A stretch of 36,609 nt of DNA from an uncultured Clostridia bacterium. Lineage in GTDB: Bacteria; Bacillota; Clostridia; Oscillospirales; CAG-272. Positions 1 to 9,114 of this stretch are shown here, piece after piece (within the stretch, counting starts at the first letter, position 1; each line of letters starts with the position of its first letter). The notes beneath the pieces are model-generated. The model ran no database searches. It was not told the origin of the DNA and saw only the letters and a list, made by a program, of their open reading frames with translations. The position numbers were made by a program, and so were the translations under genes. The stretch covers positions 1 to 36,609 of the forward strand of contig CANQMJ010000003.1 in NCBI GenBank assembly GCA_947624945.1, written 5' to 3'.

Positions 1-1
1 C

Positions 2-196
2 CTCGTCGCCTATGCGTATCGCGACACCGTCGAGATACGCATAGGCGACGAGGTGACCGCCGTCGACTTCGCCGCATCCGATAAGCCGTACGAGGTCACG
101 GTCCCCGTATCCGGCGCCGTCGGCACCGCCGACGTCAACGCAGTATTCCTCCCCGGCTGCGACTTTGACTTGTATTATATTAAATTTAATAAGTGA
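2..196 (+). CDS. 3' end (partial) of a probable glycoside hydrolase, GH2-like C-terminal domain
   Basis: Open frame from the window edge: LVAYAYRDTVEIRIG...VFLPGCDFDLYYIKFNK*, stop TGA at 194-196. Host-like codon usage. The VFLPGxxFD tail resembles clostridial GH2 C-termini from memory, and a GH43 gene follows. Confidence 0.6.
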   Translation, partial: LVAYAYRDTVEIRIGDEVTAVDFAASDKPYEVTVPVSGAVGTADVNAVFLPGCDFDLYYIKFNK

Positions 197-202
197 TTTT
201 TA

Positions 203-242
203 AGGGGAGAGAAAACTTCTTATAAGAAGTTTTCTCTCCCCT
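203..242. repeat. Perfect 40-bp palindrome, first module of the intergenic repeat element; may also act as a terminator or stabiliser
   Basis: aggggagagaaaacttctta|taagaagttttctctcccct, starting 7 nt after the stop codon. Confidence 0.9.
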
Positions 243-600
243 ACACCCCTCTTTTTCAAGAATTTTTATGACAGTTTTTTGAAAAAGTAAACGGAAACAA
301 TATCCTCGGAGATAGCTTAAGATAAGCACTAATCGGTCCGCTTTTGGAGAAGGTAGGGGACACCTTTTACAAAAAGGGGTCCCCGATAAAAAAAGTCCCT
401 TTCCCCGCACCCATATCTTCAAAAACTTTTCTTACCGATTTTGATTTTATCAAGTAAACGAAAACAATATCTTCAGGGCGTACTTAAGATAAACACTATT
501 TAGTCCGCTTTTGGAGAGGGTTTGGGGCACCTTTTACCAAAAGGGGCTCCAAAATCAAAAAAGTTCTCTCCAATTTTTCCCTCTTATCTTCAATTTTTTA
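225..600 (+). repeat. Imperfect tandem repeat, ~167-bp period, ~2.3 units (REP/MITE-like)
   Basis: aagtaaacg(g/a)aaacaatatc...cttaagataa(g/a)cacta...gtccgcttttggaga...caccttttac(a/c)aaaagggg begins at 285 and again at 452. Hairpins at 356-384 and 521-553. Confidence 0.9.
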
Positions 601-625
601 TTACATTCCCTCGAAAGGACTCACC

Positions 626-1540
626 ATGAAAAACGGAAGTGTTTTTGCCGACATAAACGGCGCGCCGCTGCACGCGCACGGCGGTTACATAATACGATAC
701 GGCGAATACTGGTACTGGTACGGCGAGGACAGGCGCGAAAACTATTATGTTTCGTGCTACCGTTCCGTCGATCTGAAAAACTGGGAATTCCGCAATCATA
801 TCCTGACGACCGACAGCGTCAAGCGCCCGTACCGCGTACGCACCGAGCTGAGGCTGTGCCGCGACGACGGTCACAAGGTCAACATCGAACGTCCGAAAGT
901 CCTGTACTGCGAAAAGACAAACAAATTCGTGATGTGGGCGCACTATGAAAACGGGCGCGACTATCACGACGCCGCGTGCTGCGTCGCGACGTGCGACGCG
1001 CCGGACGGAGATTTCGTCTACCACGGTCACTTTAATCCGTACGGTTACATGAGCCGCGACTGCACGCTCTTTCGCGACAACGACGGCGTCGCATACTTTA
1101 TTTCGTCGTCGCGCGACAATGCCGACATGCACGTATACCGTCTGACCGACGATTATATGAACGTCGACGGACTCGTGAATGTGCTGTGGCAGGGCGAGTT
1201 CCGCGAGGCTCCGGCGGTGTTTTACCGCGACGGACGGTACTACATGCTGTCCTCGTTCTGCACGGGCTGGCGCCCGAATCAGGGCTGCTACGCATCCGCC
1301 GACAAAATCGACGGCAGATGGAGCATGCTCTCGCCTTTCGGCGACTCGACAACATATCACAGCCAGCCCGCGTTCGTGCTCCCCGTCGACGGCGAATACT
1401 ACTATTTCGGCGACCGCTGGGGCGGTCATCCGATGTCGCACCCGTTCGATTATTCAAAGTCCGGCTACGTTATACTGAAAATGCGCTTCCGCGGCGACGG
1501 TTCGCCCTATATCGAATGGAACAACGAAGCGTTTATGTGA
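626..1540 (+). CDS. Glycoside hydrolase family 43 (GH43_24-like, beta-1,3-galactanase/galactosidase type)
   Basis: Motifs HAHGG, YYWYGE-like, IERPKVLY, MSRDCTLF, REAPA, HSQP, GDRW. SD aaagga upstream. No signal peptide. Confidence 0.85.
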   Translation: MKNGSVFADINGAPLHAHGGYIIRYGEYWYWYGEDRRENYYVSCYRSVDLKNWEFRNHILTTDSVKRPYRVRTELRLCRDDGHKVNIERPKVLYCEKTNKFVMWAHYENGRDYHDAACCVATCDAPDGDFVYHGHFNPYGYMSRDCTLFRDNDGVAYFISSSRDNADMHVYRLTDDYMNVDGLVNVLWQGEFREAPAVFYRDGRYYMLSSFCTGWRPNQGCYASADKIDGRWSMLSPFGDSTTYHSQPAFVLPVDGEYYYFGDRWGGHPMSHPFDYSKSGYVILKMRFRGDGSPYIEWNNEAFM

Positions 1541-1580
1541 CATATTTCCGCATAAATCGTTTCGCATTGCCTCACACCTC

Positions 1581-1609
1581 TTGACTTTACATTGATTTTA
1601 CAATATAAT
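1581..1609 (+). promoter_or_regulatory. sigmaA-type promoter
   Basis: TTGACT-N17-TATAAT upstream of the VTC gene. Confidence 0.8.
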
Positions 1610-1650
1610 AATATTATACAGTGTCATGCGGAAGATTCAAAGGAGGTTTT

Positions 1651-2403
1651 ATGGCTTTTAAGGAAGTTTTTAAGCGGGTCGAAAAGAAATACATAATAAC
1701 CGAAGAACAGTACAAAGGGCTTGCGCCGTCGGTAGACGAGTACATGTGCGGCGACTCTTACGGCGAGAGCACGATATTCAACATCTACTACGATACGCCG
1801 TCGTTCGCTCTTGTGCGCGCCTCGAACGACAAGCCCGTTTACAAGGAAAAGCTGCGCCTGCGCTGCTACGGCACGCCGACGGACACGTCGACCGCGTTCG
1901 TCGAGATAAAGAAAAAGTACCGCGGCATCGTCTACAAGCGCCGCATAAGCATGCCGTATAAAGAGGCGATGGAGTTCACGACGACGGGCGTCGTGCCCGA
2001 ATCCCGCAGGGACTCGCAGATCGCGAAGGAGATCTCGTGGCTCTTGTCGTTCTACGACCGCATAGCGCCCGCGATGGTGCTCTCCTATGACCGCACCGCT
2101 TATTTCGGCAAGGACGACCCGAACCTGCGCATCACCTTCGACAAAAATCTCCTGTTCCGCGACTACGATTTCGACCTGACTAAAGGCGCATACGGGACGC
2201 CTCTGCTCCCCGACGGTATGCGGCTGATGGAGGTCAAGATACCCGACGCTATGCCGATCTGGCTCGCACGCAAGTTCAGCGAGCTGTCAATATTCCCGAC
2301 GTCGTTCAGCAAATACGGCACCGCCTACATCGACGTGACCCGCAAGGTCGGAGAAACGGGAGAAACCGAAGAAAAAGAATCGGAGGAAAAACAAAATGTT
2401 TGA
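1651..2403 (+). CDS. VTC / polyphosphate polymerase domain protein (CYTH-like tunnel fold)
   Basis: FKRVEKKY, NIYYDT, KEKLRLRCYG, FVEIKKK, YDRTAY, LRITFD, MEVKI, SFSKYG. SD aggagg before ATG 1651. Confidence 0.9.
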   Translation: MAFKEVFKRVEKKYIITEEQYKGLAPSVDEYMCGDSYGESTIFNIYYDTPSFALVRASNDKPVYKEKLRLRCYGTPTDTSTAFVEIKKKYRGIVYKRRISMPYKEAMEFTTTGVVPESRRDSQIAKEISWLLSFYDRIAPAMVLSYDRTAYFGKDDPNLRITFDKNLLFRDYDFDLTKGAYGTPLLPDGMRLMEVKIPDAMPIWLARKFSELSIFPTSFSKYGTAYIDVTRKVGETGETEEKESEEKQNV

Positions 2404-3082
2404 CAAGACTTTCACATCAATGGTCGAGCTCGGCGAGGTCACCGTCGGCAGATTTCTCATATGCTCGCTCGTGTCGCTCCTGATCGGACTCGCAATCGCC
2501 ACGGTCTCGGCGTTCGTCGGCAAAAAATCGAAGAGCGTGTCCGTTTCGCTGACGCTGATACCGTTTATAGTCCAGGTCGTCATAATGATCGTCAACGGCA
2601 ATATCGGCGTCGGACTCGGCGTCGCCGGCGCGTTCTCGCTGATTCGCTACCGTTCGAATCCGGGCACCGCGTCCGACATACTCGTGCTGTTCATCGCCAT
2701 GACGGCAGGCATCACGATGGGCGTCGGGTTCGTATGGCTCGCGGTCATATTCACAGTCGTCGCGCTGCTCGTTTACGCGCTCATCTCGATTTCGGGTCTC
2801 GGCGGCGGCAGGCACGGCGAGCAGGAGCTCAAGATAACGATACCTGAGGGACTCAACTACCCTCACATCTTCGACGACATATTTGACAAATATACGAAGT
2901 CCGCGCGCCTTGTCCGCGTCCGCACAACGAATATGGGCAGTATGTACCAGCTTACATACAACATCATAATGTCAAACGAGGACGACGAAAAGGAGATGCT
3001 CGACGAGATACGCTGCCGCAACGGCAACCTTGACATAGTCTGCGGCATGATGCCCGAAACCGCCGAACACGAAAGGCTCTGA
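2396..3082 (+). CDS. DUF4956-family membrane protein
   Basis: Several TM segments, VNGNIGVGLGVAGAFSLIRYRS, soluble C-terminal domain (TTNMGSMYQLTY, RCRNGNL). 8-nt overlap with the VTC gene, its usual partner. Confidence 0.88.
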   Translation: MFDKTFTSMVELGEVTVGRFLICSLVSLLIGLAIATVSAFVGKKSKSVSVSLTLIPFIVQVVIMIVNGNIGVGLGVAGAFSLIRYRSNPGTASDILVLFIAMTAGITMGVGFVWLAVIFTVVALLVYALISISGLGGGRHGEQELKITIPEGLNYPHIFDDIFDKYTKSARLVRVRTTNMGSMYQLTYNIIMSNEDDEKEMLDEIRCRNGNLDIVCGMMPETAEHERL

Positions 3083-3085
3083 CAA

Positions 3086-3760
3086 ATGAAACGCGTCATT
3101 CTGGCGGCGCTGTTCGTCATAATCGCCGCTATTGTGATAGTCGGCGCGCTCGTGCTCATAAACAAGCTCGTCGACGTGCCGGATGATGAGATAATAAGCT
3201 CCGAGCTCGCCTTCTCCGCAGACGACGTGAAGACAGTCAACATCGACCTGTCGGCAGGCTACATCGACGTATATACCCTCTCCGGCAGCAGCATAGTCGT
3301 CAGCTTTGCTGAACCGAAAAGCGGCGTATACACCGCCGTCACAGACGGCGGCATATTGACCGTTACCGAGTCGTCGACATCGGTTATCGATTCGCTTTCG
3401 CGCGGCGACAGCGGGCGGTACGGCATAAGAGTCGGCGTGCCCGAGAATGTCGGTGTCGACTACGACGTCGACGTCGATTACGGCGACGTCAGCATAGAGG
3501 GCGTCGCGGCGCCGTCGATGGCAGTCGACATAGATACGGGCTCGCTGTTTCTCGTCGCGGTCAATACCGACGATATAACGATGAACGTGAACGTCGGCGA
3601 CGTTATCGCATCGTTCCCGGAGGCGCGCGAGAATTATTTTGTAAATGTCACATCCGACAACGACGACGTGGCAAATATCGGCGGCGGGGACGAAAACGCA
3701 CCGCACCGCATAACGATAAGCGTCAACGTCGGCGACATCACAATGTCGTATAAAGGATAG
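3086..3760 (+). CDS. Membrane-anchored DUF4097/adhesin-like beta-strand repeat protein
   Basis: N-terminal hydrophobic anchor. Repeated xVdxxxGDVxI beta motifs (VDVDYGDVSI, VDIDTGSL, MNVNVGDVI, ISVNVGDITM). Very acidic. Confidence 0.7.
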   Translation: MKRVILAALFVIIAAIVIVGALVLINKLVDVPDDEIISSELAFSADDVKTVNIDLSAGYIDVYTLSGSSIVVSFAEPKSGVYTAVTDGGILTVTESSTSVIDSLSRGDSGRYGIRVGVPENVGVDYDVDVDYGDVSIEGVAAPSMAVDIDTGSLFLVAVNTDDITMNVNVGDVIASFPEARENYFVNVTSDNDDVANIGGGDENAPHRITISVNVGDITMSYKG

Positions 3761-3774
3761 TTCAATAAAAATTC

Positions 3775-3817
3775 GGGAGAGAAGCGTCTCTGTTGCTTCT
3801 CTCCCCTTTTCTTTTTT
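3775..3817 (+). terminator. Intrinsic terminator, probably bidirectional
   Basis: gggagagaagc-N9-gcttctctccc followed by a T-tract, with an A-tract before it. Lies between convergent genes. Confidence 0.85.
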
Positions 3818-4765
3818 TCATTCAGGCGTCGACGTTCTTGCGGACGGGTCGCTGACGTTTCTGATGTCGAACGGCGTCGTTTGATAGACGAAGTAGTTGA
3901 GCCAGTTCGAGTAGAGCAGATTCGCCGACGAGCGCCACGTCACGACGGGGCGCTTCGTATCGTCATCGTTCGGAAAATAGTTGACGGGCATTTCTATCGG
4001 AAGTCCCGCGTTTTTGTCGCGCAGATATTCGCGTTCGAGCGTGTCCGCATCGTATTCGGAGTGACCCGTTATGAATATCTGCCGCCCGTGGTCGGCGATG
4101 ATGGCGTAGACGCCCGCCTCCTCCGACGAGGCAAGTATTTTCAATCGCGGTTCCGCCTCGATATCGGCTCTGTCGACTGTCGTGTGGCGCGAATGGGGCG
4201 CCATGAACACGTCGTCGAAGCCGCGGAACAGTATCGAGCGCTTATAGTCGACTGTGTGTCTGAACACGCCGAACAGCTTTTTCTCAAGCGGACGCTTCTG
4301 TATGCCGTAGTGGTAGTAAAGCGCCGCCTGCGCTCCCCAGCAGATGTGAAACGTGCTCGTGACGTGCGTTTTCGACCATTCCATTATCGTGCAGAGCTCG
4401 TTCCAGTATTCGACAGCCTCAAACGGCAGATGCTCGACAGGAGCGCCCGTTATGACGAGACCGTCAAACGTGCGGTCCTTTATGTCGTCGAACGTCTTAT
4501 AAAACGTGAGCATATGCTCCTCGGACGTGTTCTTCGCCTTGTGCGTGCTCGTCATTATGAGCTCCATCTGTACCTGAATCGGCGTGTTGCCGAGCAGTCT
4601 TGCGAGCTGCGTTTCGGTCACGATCTTAGTCGGCATGAGATTCAGAATCGCAATTTCGAGCGGACGAATGTCCTGCATCGCGGCGCGGTTTTCCGTTATG
4701 ACGAATATGTTCTCTTCCCGCAGCGTCTTTGTTGCGGGAAGTTCGTTCGGTATGCGAATAGGCAC
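3818..4765 (-). CDS. metA: Homoserine O-acyltransferase MetA family (likely acetyl-CoA specific)
   Basis: [21 protein letters not shown] (Glu at the specificity position suggests acetyltransferase), ICWGAQ, PHSRH, GHSEY. GTG start with SD aggagg. Confidence 0.96.
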   Translation of the reverse strand: MPIRIPNELPATKTLREENIFVITENRAAMQDIRPLEIAILNLMPTKIVTETQLARLLGNTPIQVQMELIMTSTHKAKNTSEEHMLTFYKTFDDIKDRTFDGLVITGAPVEHLPFEAVEYWNELCTIMEWSKTHVTSTFHICWGAQAALYYHYGIQKRPLEKKLFGVFRHTVDYKRSILFRGFDDVFMAPHSRHTTVDRADIEAEPRLKILASSEEAGVYAIIADHGRQIFITGHSEYDADTLEREYLRDKNAGLPIEMPVNYFPNDDDTKRPVVTWRSSANLLYSNWLNYFVYQTTPFDIRNVSDPSARTSTPE

Positions 4766-4811
4766 TGTAAATGCCTCCTTATCCTTTGTGTTTGCTGTAT
4801 ATTACCGCACG

Positions 4812-6287
4812 TCAGCCTGCGGCGCCGTTATTCTCCATAGCTTCGACGTATTCCTCGAGGCACATGCCCGAGCTCCATATTTTATACGCGTGGTAGCGTC
4901 CCACGTATCTGTAATGCCACGGCTCGAACGTGATGCCGGTTATATCCTGTTTATCCTCGGGGAAACGAAGAATGAAGCCGAATTTCCACGAATTGTCGCG
5001 CAGCCATTCATACGCGGGCTGGTCGGCGAACGCCTTCTGCGCCGACGGCATATTGTGCATGTCGACGCACAGTCCCGTTTGATGCTCGCTTGTTCCCGGA
5101 GGCGCGGAATACGTCGACGTTATCTTCTCCGCTTGCGCGCGTGAAAGCGACGGATCGTCGCGCATTTCCCTGTCGACGTAGGAGTTGAAAAGCGAAACCT
5201 GTTCCTTGTACGAGCGGTACGCGCTCATGACTGACACGGGATAGCCCGACGGACCGTTTCCGTCGTAGCCGTTTGCGAACAGCTCGATGAACATCGCCTC
5301 GAGCGCCTTTTCCGCAACCTCGCGCATCTGGCGCGCTCCTCTGTCGGTTCGCGTATTTTTGATGTCGACAAGATCGGTAGGAGCGTAGTCCTCGCCTATC
5401 GTGTGCTTCGTATTTACGAGTATCAGATACGCGTCGCGTTCCTCCCCCGTCGGGTTCATGTACTGTTTATACGCCGACAAATCGGATTTGAACTCGACAG
5501 CCGGTATTTCATCCTCGGGCGGAGTATCTGTTCCCGCATCTGTCGTATCATCGCCCTCAGTCTCGCCGTAGTGCGGCAGCGTCTCGACCTTTTTATTCGT
5601 AAAGCCGACCTTGCCGTCGACGACGAAAGTGACCGTATGCTTTTCATCATCTGTTGTGACCTTGACGCCCGTCATATACCGCGTCACGAACGACAGCGGC
5701 GTCCACACGTCGCCGTTTTCATACAGCGACGCGCCGTCGAGACGCACCGACGAGCCGTTGACGTCGGCATCGGCGGAGTTGTTCGTAAACGTAACAGTCT
5801 CGCCGCTCTCCGGGATAATGAAGCTGTAAACGCCGTCCTTCGCCATCACCGACATGGACAGATACGACGATAAAGACGTGTAATTGACGTATCGCACGCC
5901 GTCACGCTCAAATTTTGCCGACGATACGCGCTCCGTCACGCTGTCGTCGTCCTCGCCGTACACGATCTTGTACTCCGATGTGTCCGTGCCCAAGTTTGGT
6001 TTCATTCTGAACGATATCACCGTTACGGCGAATACGATCGCAAGTATTATCGCGCTGAAAAAGAGAAAAACGAGGAAACGGCGCAGGAAAATGCGGCGCT
6101 GTTTTTTGCGCCTCATGCGCTCTCTCTGTATCGCGCGCTGACGTTCCGCTTCGCGGCGGCGGCGCTCCTCTTCGCGTGCGCGCCGCTCACGTTCGATCTC
6201 GGCGCGTCTCTGCGCCTCTCGGCGTCTGTCCTCTGCCGCCTTCATCTCCGCGTAATATCTGTCACGCGGATTCATTCCGCCGTTCAT
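4812..6287 (-). CDS. Membrane-anchored M15B (VanY/DacB-like) D,D- or L,D-carboxypeptidase with an extra N-terminal domain
   Basis: LILVN, SAYRSY, SEHQTGLCVD, GFILRFP, EPWHYRYVG. TM helix after an R/E-rich tail. SD aggagg before ATG 6287. Confidence 0.88.
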   Translation of the reverse strand: MNGGMNPRDRYYAEMKAAEDRRREAQRRAEIERERRAREEERRRREAERQRAIQRERMRRKKQRRIFLRRFLVFLFFSAIILAIVFAVTVISFRMKPNLGTDTSEYKIVYGEDDDSVTERVSSAKFERDGVRYVNYTSLSSYLSMSVMAKDGVYSFIIPESGETVTFTNNSADADVNGSSVRLDGASLYENGDVWTPLSFVTRYMTGVKVTTDDEKHTVTFVVDGKVGFTNKKVETLPHYGETEGDDTTDAGTDTPPEDEIPAVEFKSDLSAYKQYMNPTGEERDAYLILVNTKHTIGEDYAPTDLVDIKNTRTDRGARQMREVAEKALEAMFIELFANGYDGNGPSGYPVSVMSAYRSYKEQVSLFNSYVDREMRDDPSLSRAQAEKITSTYSAPPGTSEHQTGLCVDMHNMPSAQKAFADQPAYEWLRDNSWKFGFILRFPEDKQDITGITFEPWHYRYVGRYHAYKIWSSGMCLEEYVEAMENNGAAG

Positions 6288-6310
6288 CCGCTTACCTCCT
6301 TCGATAAAGT

Positions 6311-6898
6311 TTACAATCTGCGTTCTATTACCGTGAAAAACGGAGACGACGAGTTTACGATATGTATCTCCGTGCAGCACAGAACGTGTCTGTCAAGCGT
6401 AGAGAAATACTCGCGCAGTTCGCGCCCCTCCGCGTCGCCCTCAGCGTGACCCGGATATACCGCAACTGTCAAAACGCCTCCCGGCGCGAGCAGCTCAATT
6501 GCCGATACGACCGCCGGCATCGTCGTCGTGCGCATCGTTGTTTTCGACTTGTCGCCGCCCGGCATGAATCCGAGATTGAACATTCCGGCGTTTATAGGCT
6601 CATGCACGTAGTTTTTTACGTTCGAGTGCGAGTCGAGTATGAGCGTCACGTTGTCGGGACAGCCGTCGGCAGTAAGCGTTTTCCTCGTCGACTCGAGCGC
6701 CTCCGGCTGCACGTCGAACGCATATACGCGTCCGTCTTTGCCGACTGTGCGCGACAGGAATGACGTGTCGTGCCCGTTGCCCATCGTGAAATCGACCGCA
6801 GTGCCGCCCGGTGCAAGGTGATTCAGTATAAACAACTTCTGCACCTCGAGCAGGTCTATCATGCGGCCGAAGCTGTCGTTGTCAATCGTATTTTCCAT
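6311..6898 (-). CDS. mnmM: SAM-dependent RNA methyltransferase, YtqB/MnmM family
   Basis: VDFTMGNGHDT, VYAFDVQ, DSH, MFNLGFMPGGDK, VYPGHAEG. Confidence 0.8.
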   Translation of the reverse strand: MENTIDNDSFGRMIDLLEVQKLFILNHLAPGGTAVDFTMGNGHDTSFLSRTVGKDGRVYAFDVQPEALESTRKTLTADGCPDNVTLILDSHSNVKNYVHEPINAGMFNLGFMPGGDKSKTTMRTTTMPAVVSAIELLAPGGVLTVAVYPGHAEGDAEGRELREYFSTLDRHVLCCTEIHIVNSSSPFFTVIERRL

Positions 6899-6901
6899 AT
6901 A

Positions 6902-8170
6902 TCACTTAACAAAATCAAACTGGAAGTCGTATATCGACACGGTGTCGCCGTTTTTGCATCCGTTCTCCTCGAGCATGTCGATAACGCCGTACTTTGTCAA
7001 AACACGCCCGAAATAAGCGAGCGATTCGCGGTCGGATAGGTTCACCTGCCCGAGCAGATTGAACAGCCATTCGCCCTCGACGACGTATACGTCGCCATCC
7101 TTGTGCACCGTCGTCTCGACGCCCGAAGATATGACGGGTTCGTCAGTCACCTCCGGCTCGTAGACCGTGACGGGCGGCAGCGTTTCGAGCATCGCGCCGA
7201 CCTTGTTCACAAACTCCTTCATGTTGTACCCAGTCGCGGCGGAGATGTAGATGAGGTCCCAGCCGTGCGAGCGCACATATTCTTCAAACCGTTCGCGGTC
7301 GAACGTCTCCGCGTCGACAGCGTCGAATTTGTTTGCCGCTATAAGCTGCGGACGGTCCGCTAACTCCGGCGAATACATTTCGAGCTCGCCGTTTATAGTC
7401 TCCATGTCCGCGATAGGGTCGCGTCCCTCGACAGATGCGATATCGACGACGTGAACGAGCATGCGGCACCTGTCGACGTGGCGCAAGAACTCATGACCGA
7501 GTCCCGCTCCCGACGACGCTCCCTCGATAAGTCCCGGTATGTCGGCGGCGACAAAGCCGCCGTCGCCGTACGCGACGACGCCGAGATTCGGCGACAGCGT
7601 CGTGAAGTGATACTCGGCTATTTTTGGTCTTGCCGCCGATATTGCGGCAAGTATCGACGATTTGCCGACGCTCGGCAGTCCGACGAGTCCCACGTCGGCG
7701 ATCATTTTAAGCTCGAGCGTGACGTCGCGCTCCTCGCCCTTCGTGCCGTTCTTCGCAAATCGCGGTATCTGACGCGTCGGCGTCGCAAAGTGGCGGTTGC
7801 CCCAGCCGCCTCTGCCCCCGCGGCAAAGAACGAACGGCTTGCCGTCCGACATGTCGTGTATTATCGCGCCCGAATCGGCGTCGCGCAGAAGCGTCCCCGG
7901 CGGCACAGGTACGAGCAGGTCGTCCGCGGACTTGCCGTGCATCTTGCCCGCCTTGCCGCCCTCGCCGTTTTCTGCGATGAATTTTCGCCTGTATTTGAAC
8001 GCCAAAAGCGTATTTGTGCCCTCGTCGACGGTAAAAACTACATTTCCGCCTCTGCCGCCGTCGCCGCCGTCAGGTCCGCCCTTGGCGACGTATTTTTCGC
8101 GGTGGAACGATATGCAGCCGTTTCCGCCGTCGCCGGCTTTGACATATATCGTAACTTTATCAACAAACAT
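6902..8170 (-). CDS. obgE: GTPase ObgE/CgtA
   Basis: MFVD..GDGGNG, FHREKYVAKGGPDGGDGG, ADVGLVGLPSVGKS, FTTLSPNLG, DIPGLIEGA, NKFD, C-terminal OCT domain. Confidence 0.98.
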   Translation of the reverse strand: MFVDKVTIYVKAGDGGNGCISFHREKYVAKGGPDGGDGGRGGNVVFTVDEGTNTLLAFKYRRKFIAENGEGGKAGKMHGKSADDLLVPVPPGTLLRDADSGAIIHDMSDGKPFVLCRGGRGGWGNRHFATPTRQIPRFAKNGTKGEERDVTLELKMIADVGLVGLPSVGKSSILAAISAARPKIAEYHFTTLSPNLGVVAYGDGGFVAADIPGLIEGASSGAGLGHEFLRHVDRCRMLVHVVDIASVEGRDPIADMETINGELEMYSPELADRPQLIAANKFDAVDAETFDRERFEEYVRSHGWDLIYISAATGYNMKEFVNKVGAMLETLPPVTVYEPEVTDEPVISSGVETTVHKDGDVYVVEGEWLFNLLGQVNLSDRESLAYFGRVLTKYGVIDMLEENGCKNGDTVSIYDFQFDFVK

Positions 8171-8319
8171 TTTGATGCCTCTATATGATATTTATTATAA
8201 TGTACTATACTTTGCTCGTTTAGTCAAGTGGTTAAATCGAAAATGACTCCGCCCTCGCCGCAAACGGAAACACAAAAACATTATTTTTCAAAACGATTCG
8301 GCATTTTTCACTCGAACGA

Positions 8320-8348
8320 TTGACAATCATTTGCGGTTATAGTATAAT
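8320..8348 (+). promoter_or_regulatory. Consensus sigmaA promoter
   Basis: TTGACA-N17-TATAAT. Confidence 0.88.
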
Positions 8349-8387
8349 TGTTACAACTGTTTATCGCAAAGCGGAGGCGCGGTCTTG

Positions 8388-9092
8388 ATGTCGGTGAAAA
8401 GCGTAAATAAAACGACATCTCTCTTTATCATAGCCGCGACCGTGATCGCATGCGCAGCGATGGCAGTCGTCGACGGCGTCATAGAGCCGCCGTATGCCGT
8501 GAAATCCGCCGTCAAGCTCGTGCTGTTTATATGCATACCGCTCGCGTATTCGTTCACAAAGCGCGGCTCGTCGCTCCGCTCGTGGTTCATACCGCGCGGC
8601 GCGGGAAAGCGACTTTTGTTTGCGCTCGCGTCGGGCGCCGCGATATACATGCTTATCGTCGGCGGCTACTTTGCGCTAAGGAGCGTGTTCGACTTTTCGG
8701 CAGTCACCGCATCGCTCGCTGACGGCGAGGGCGTGACGCGCGACAACTTCATATACGTCGCCGCTTACATCTCCGTCGTAAACTCGCTTTGCGAGGAGAT
8801 AATATTCCGCGCATTCGCATTCGGCGCGCTCGCCGATTTAGCCGGCAGATGGTTCGCGTATATATTTTCGTCCGCCGCGTTCGCCGTATACCACGTTGCG
8901 ATTATGAAGGGGTGGTTCTCGCCGCTTCTTATGGCGCTTCTTTTATTCGGTCTGTTCGTCGGCGCGCTTATATTCGACCGCGTCGATGCAACAGACGATA
9001 AACACGGCGTCATTTACCCGTCGTGGATCGTACACATGTGCGCAAATCTCGGCATAAACACGGTCGGGCTTATTCTTTTCGGCATAATATGA
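8388..9092 (+). CDS. CPBP family (CAAX/Abi) intramembrane metalloprotease
   Basis: Multi-TM protein with EEIIFR, FAVYH and HMCAN motifs. SD ggagg. Confidence 0.9.
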   Translation: MSVKSVNKTTSLFIIAATVIACAAMAVVDGVIEPPYAVKSAVKLVLFICIPLAYSFTKRGSSLRSWFIPRGAGKRLLFALASGAAIYMLIVGGYFALRSVFDFSAVTASLADGEGVTRDNFIYVAAYISVVNSLCEEIIFRAFAFGALADLAGRWFAYIFSSAAFAVYHVAIMKGWFSPLLMALLLFGLFVGALIFDRVDATDDKHGVIYPSWIVHMCANLGINTVGLILFGII

Positions 9093-9114
9093 CGCGCGCG
9101 TCGGAGGAATATGT

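Noticed and set aside
186-422. 78-aa minus-strand ORF and 511-948 plus-strand ORF
   Set aside because: They run through the AT-rich repeat array or out of frame over GH43, with no SD and no protein-like features.
225-600. Repeat array as a CRISPR or attC integron array
   Set aside because: Units are ~167 bp and similar along most of their length, with no unique spacers, cas genes, integrase or cassette ORFs.
4812-5500. VanY-like peptidase as a vancomycin-resistance gene
   Set aside because: No van ligase, vanH/X or vanRS nearby. M15B enzymes are common housekeeping wall peptidases.
8248-8290. ccgccctcgccgcaaacgga...caaaaacattattt resembles part of the repeat core at 16389-16450
   Set aside because: The match is too short and gapped to separate from chance without a profile search.
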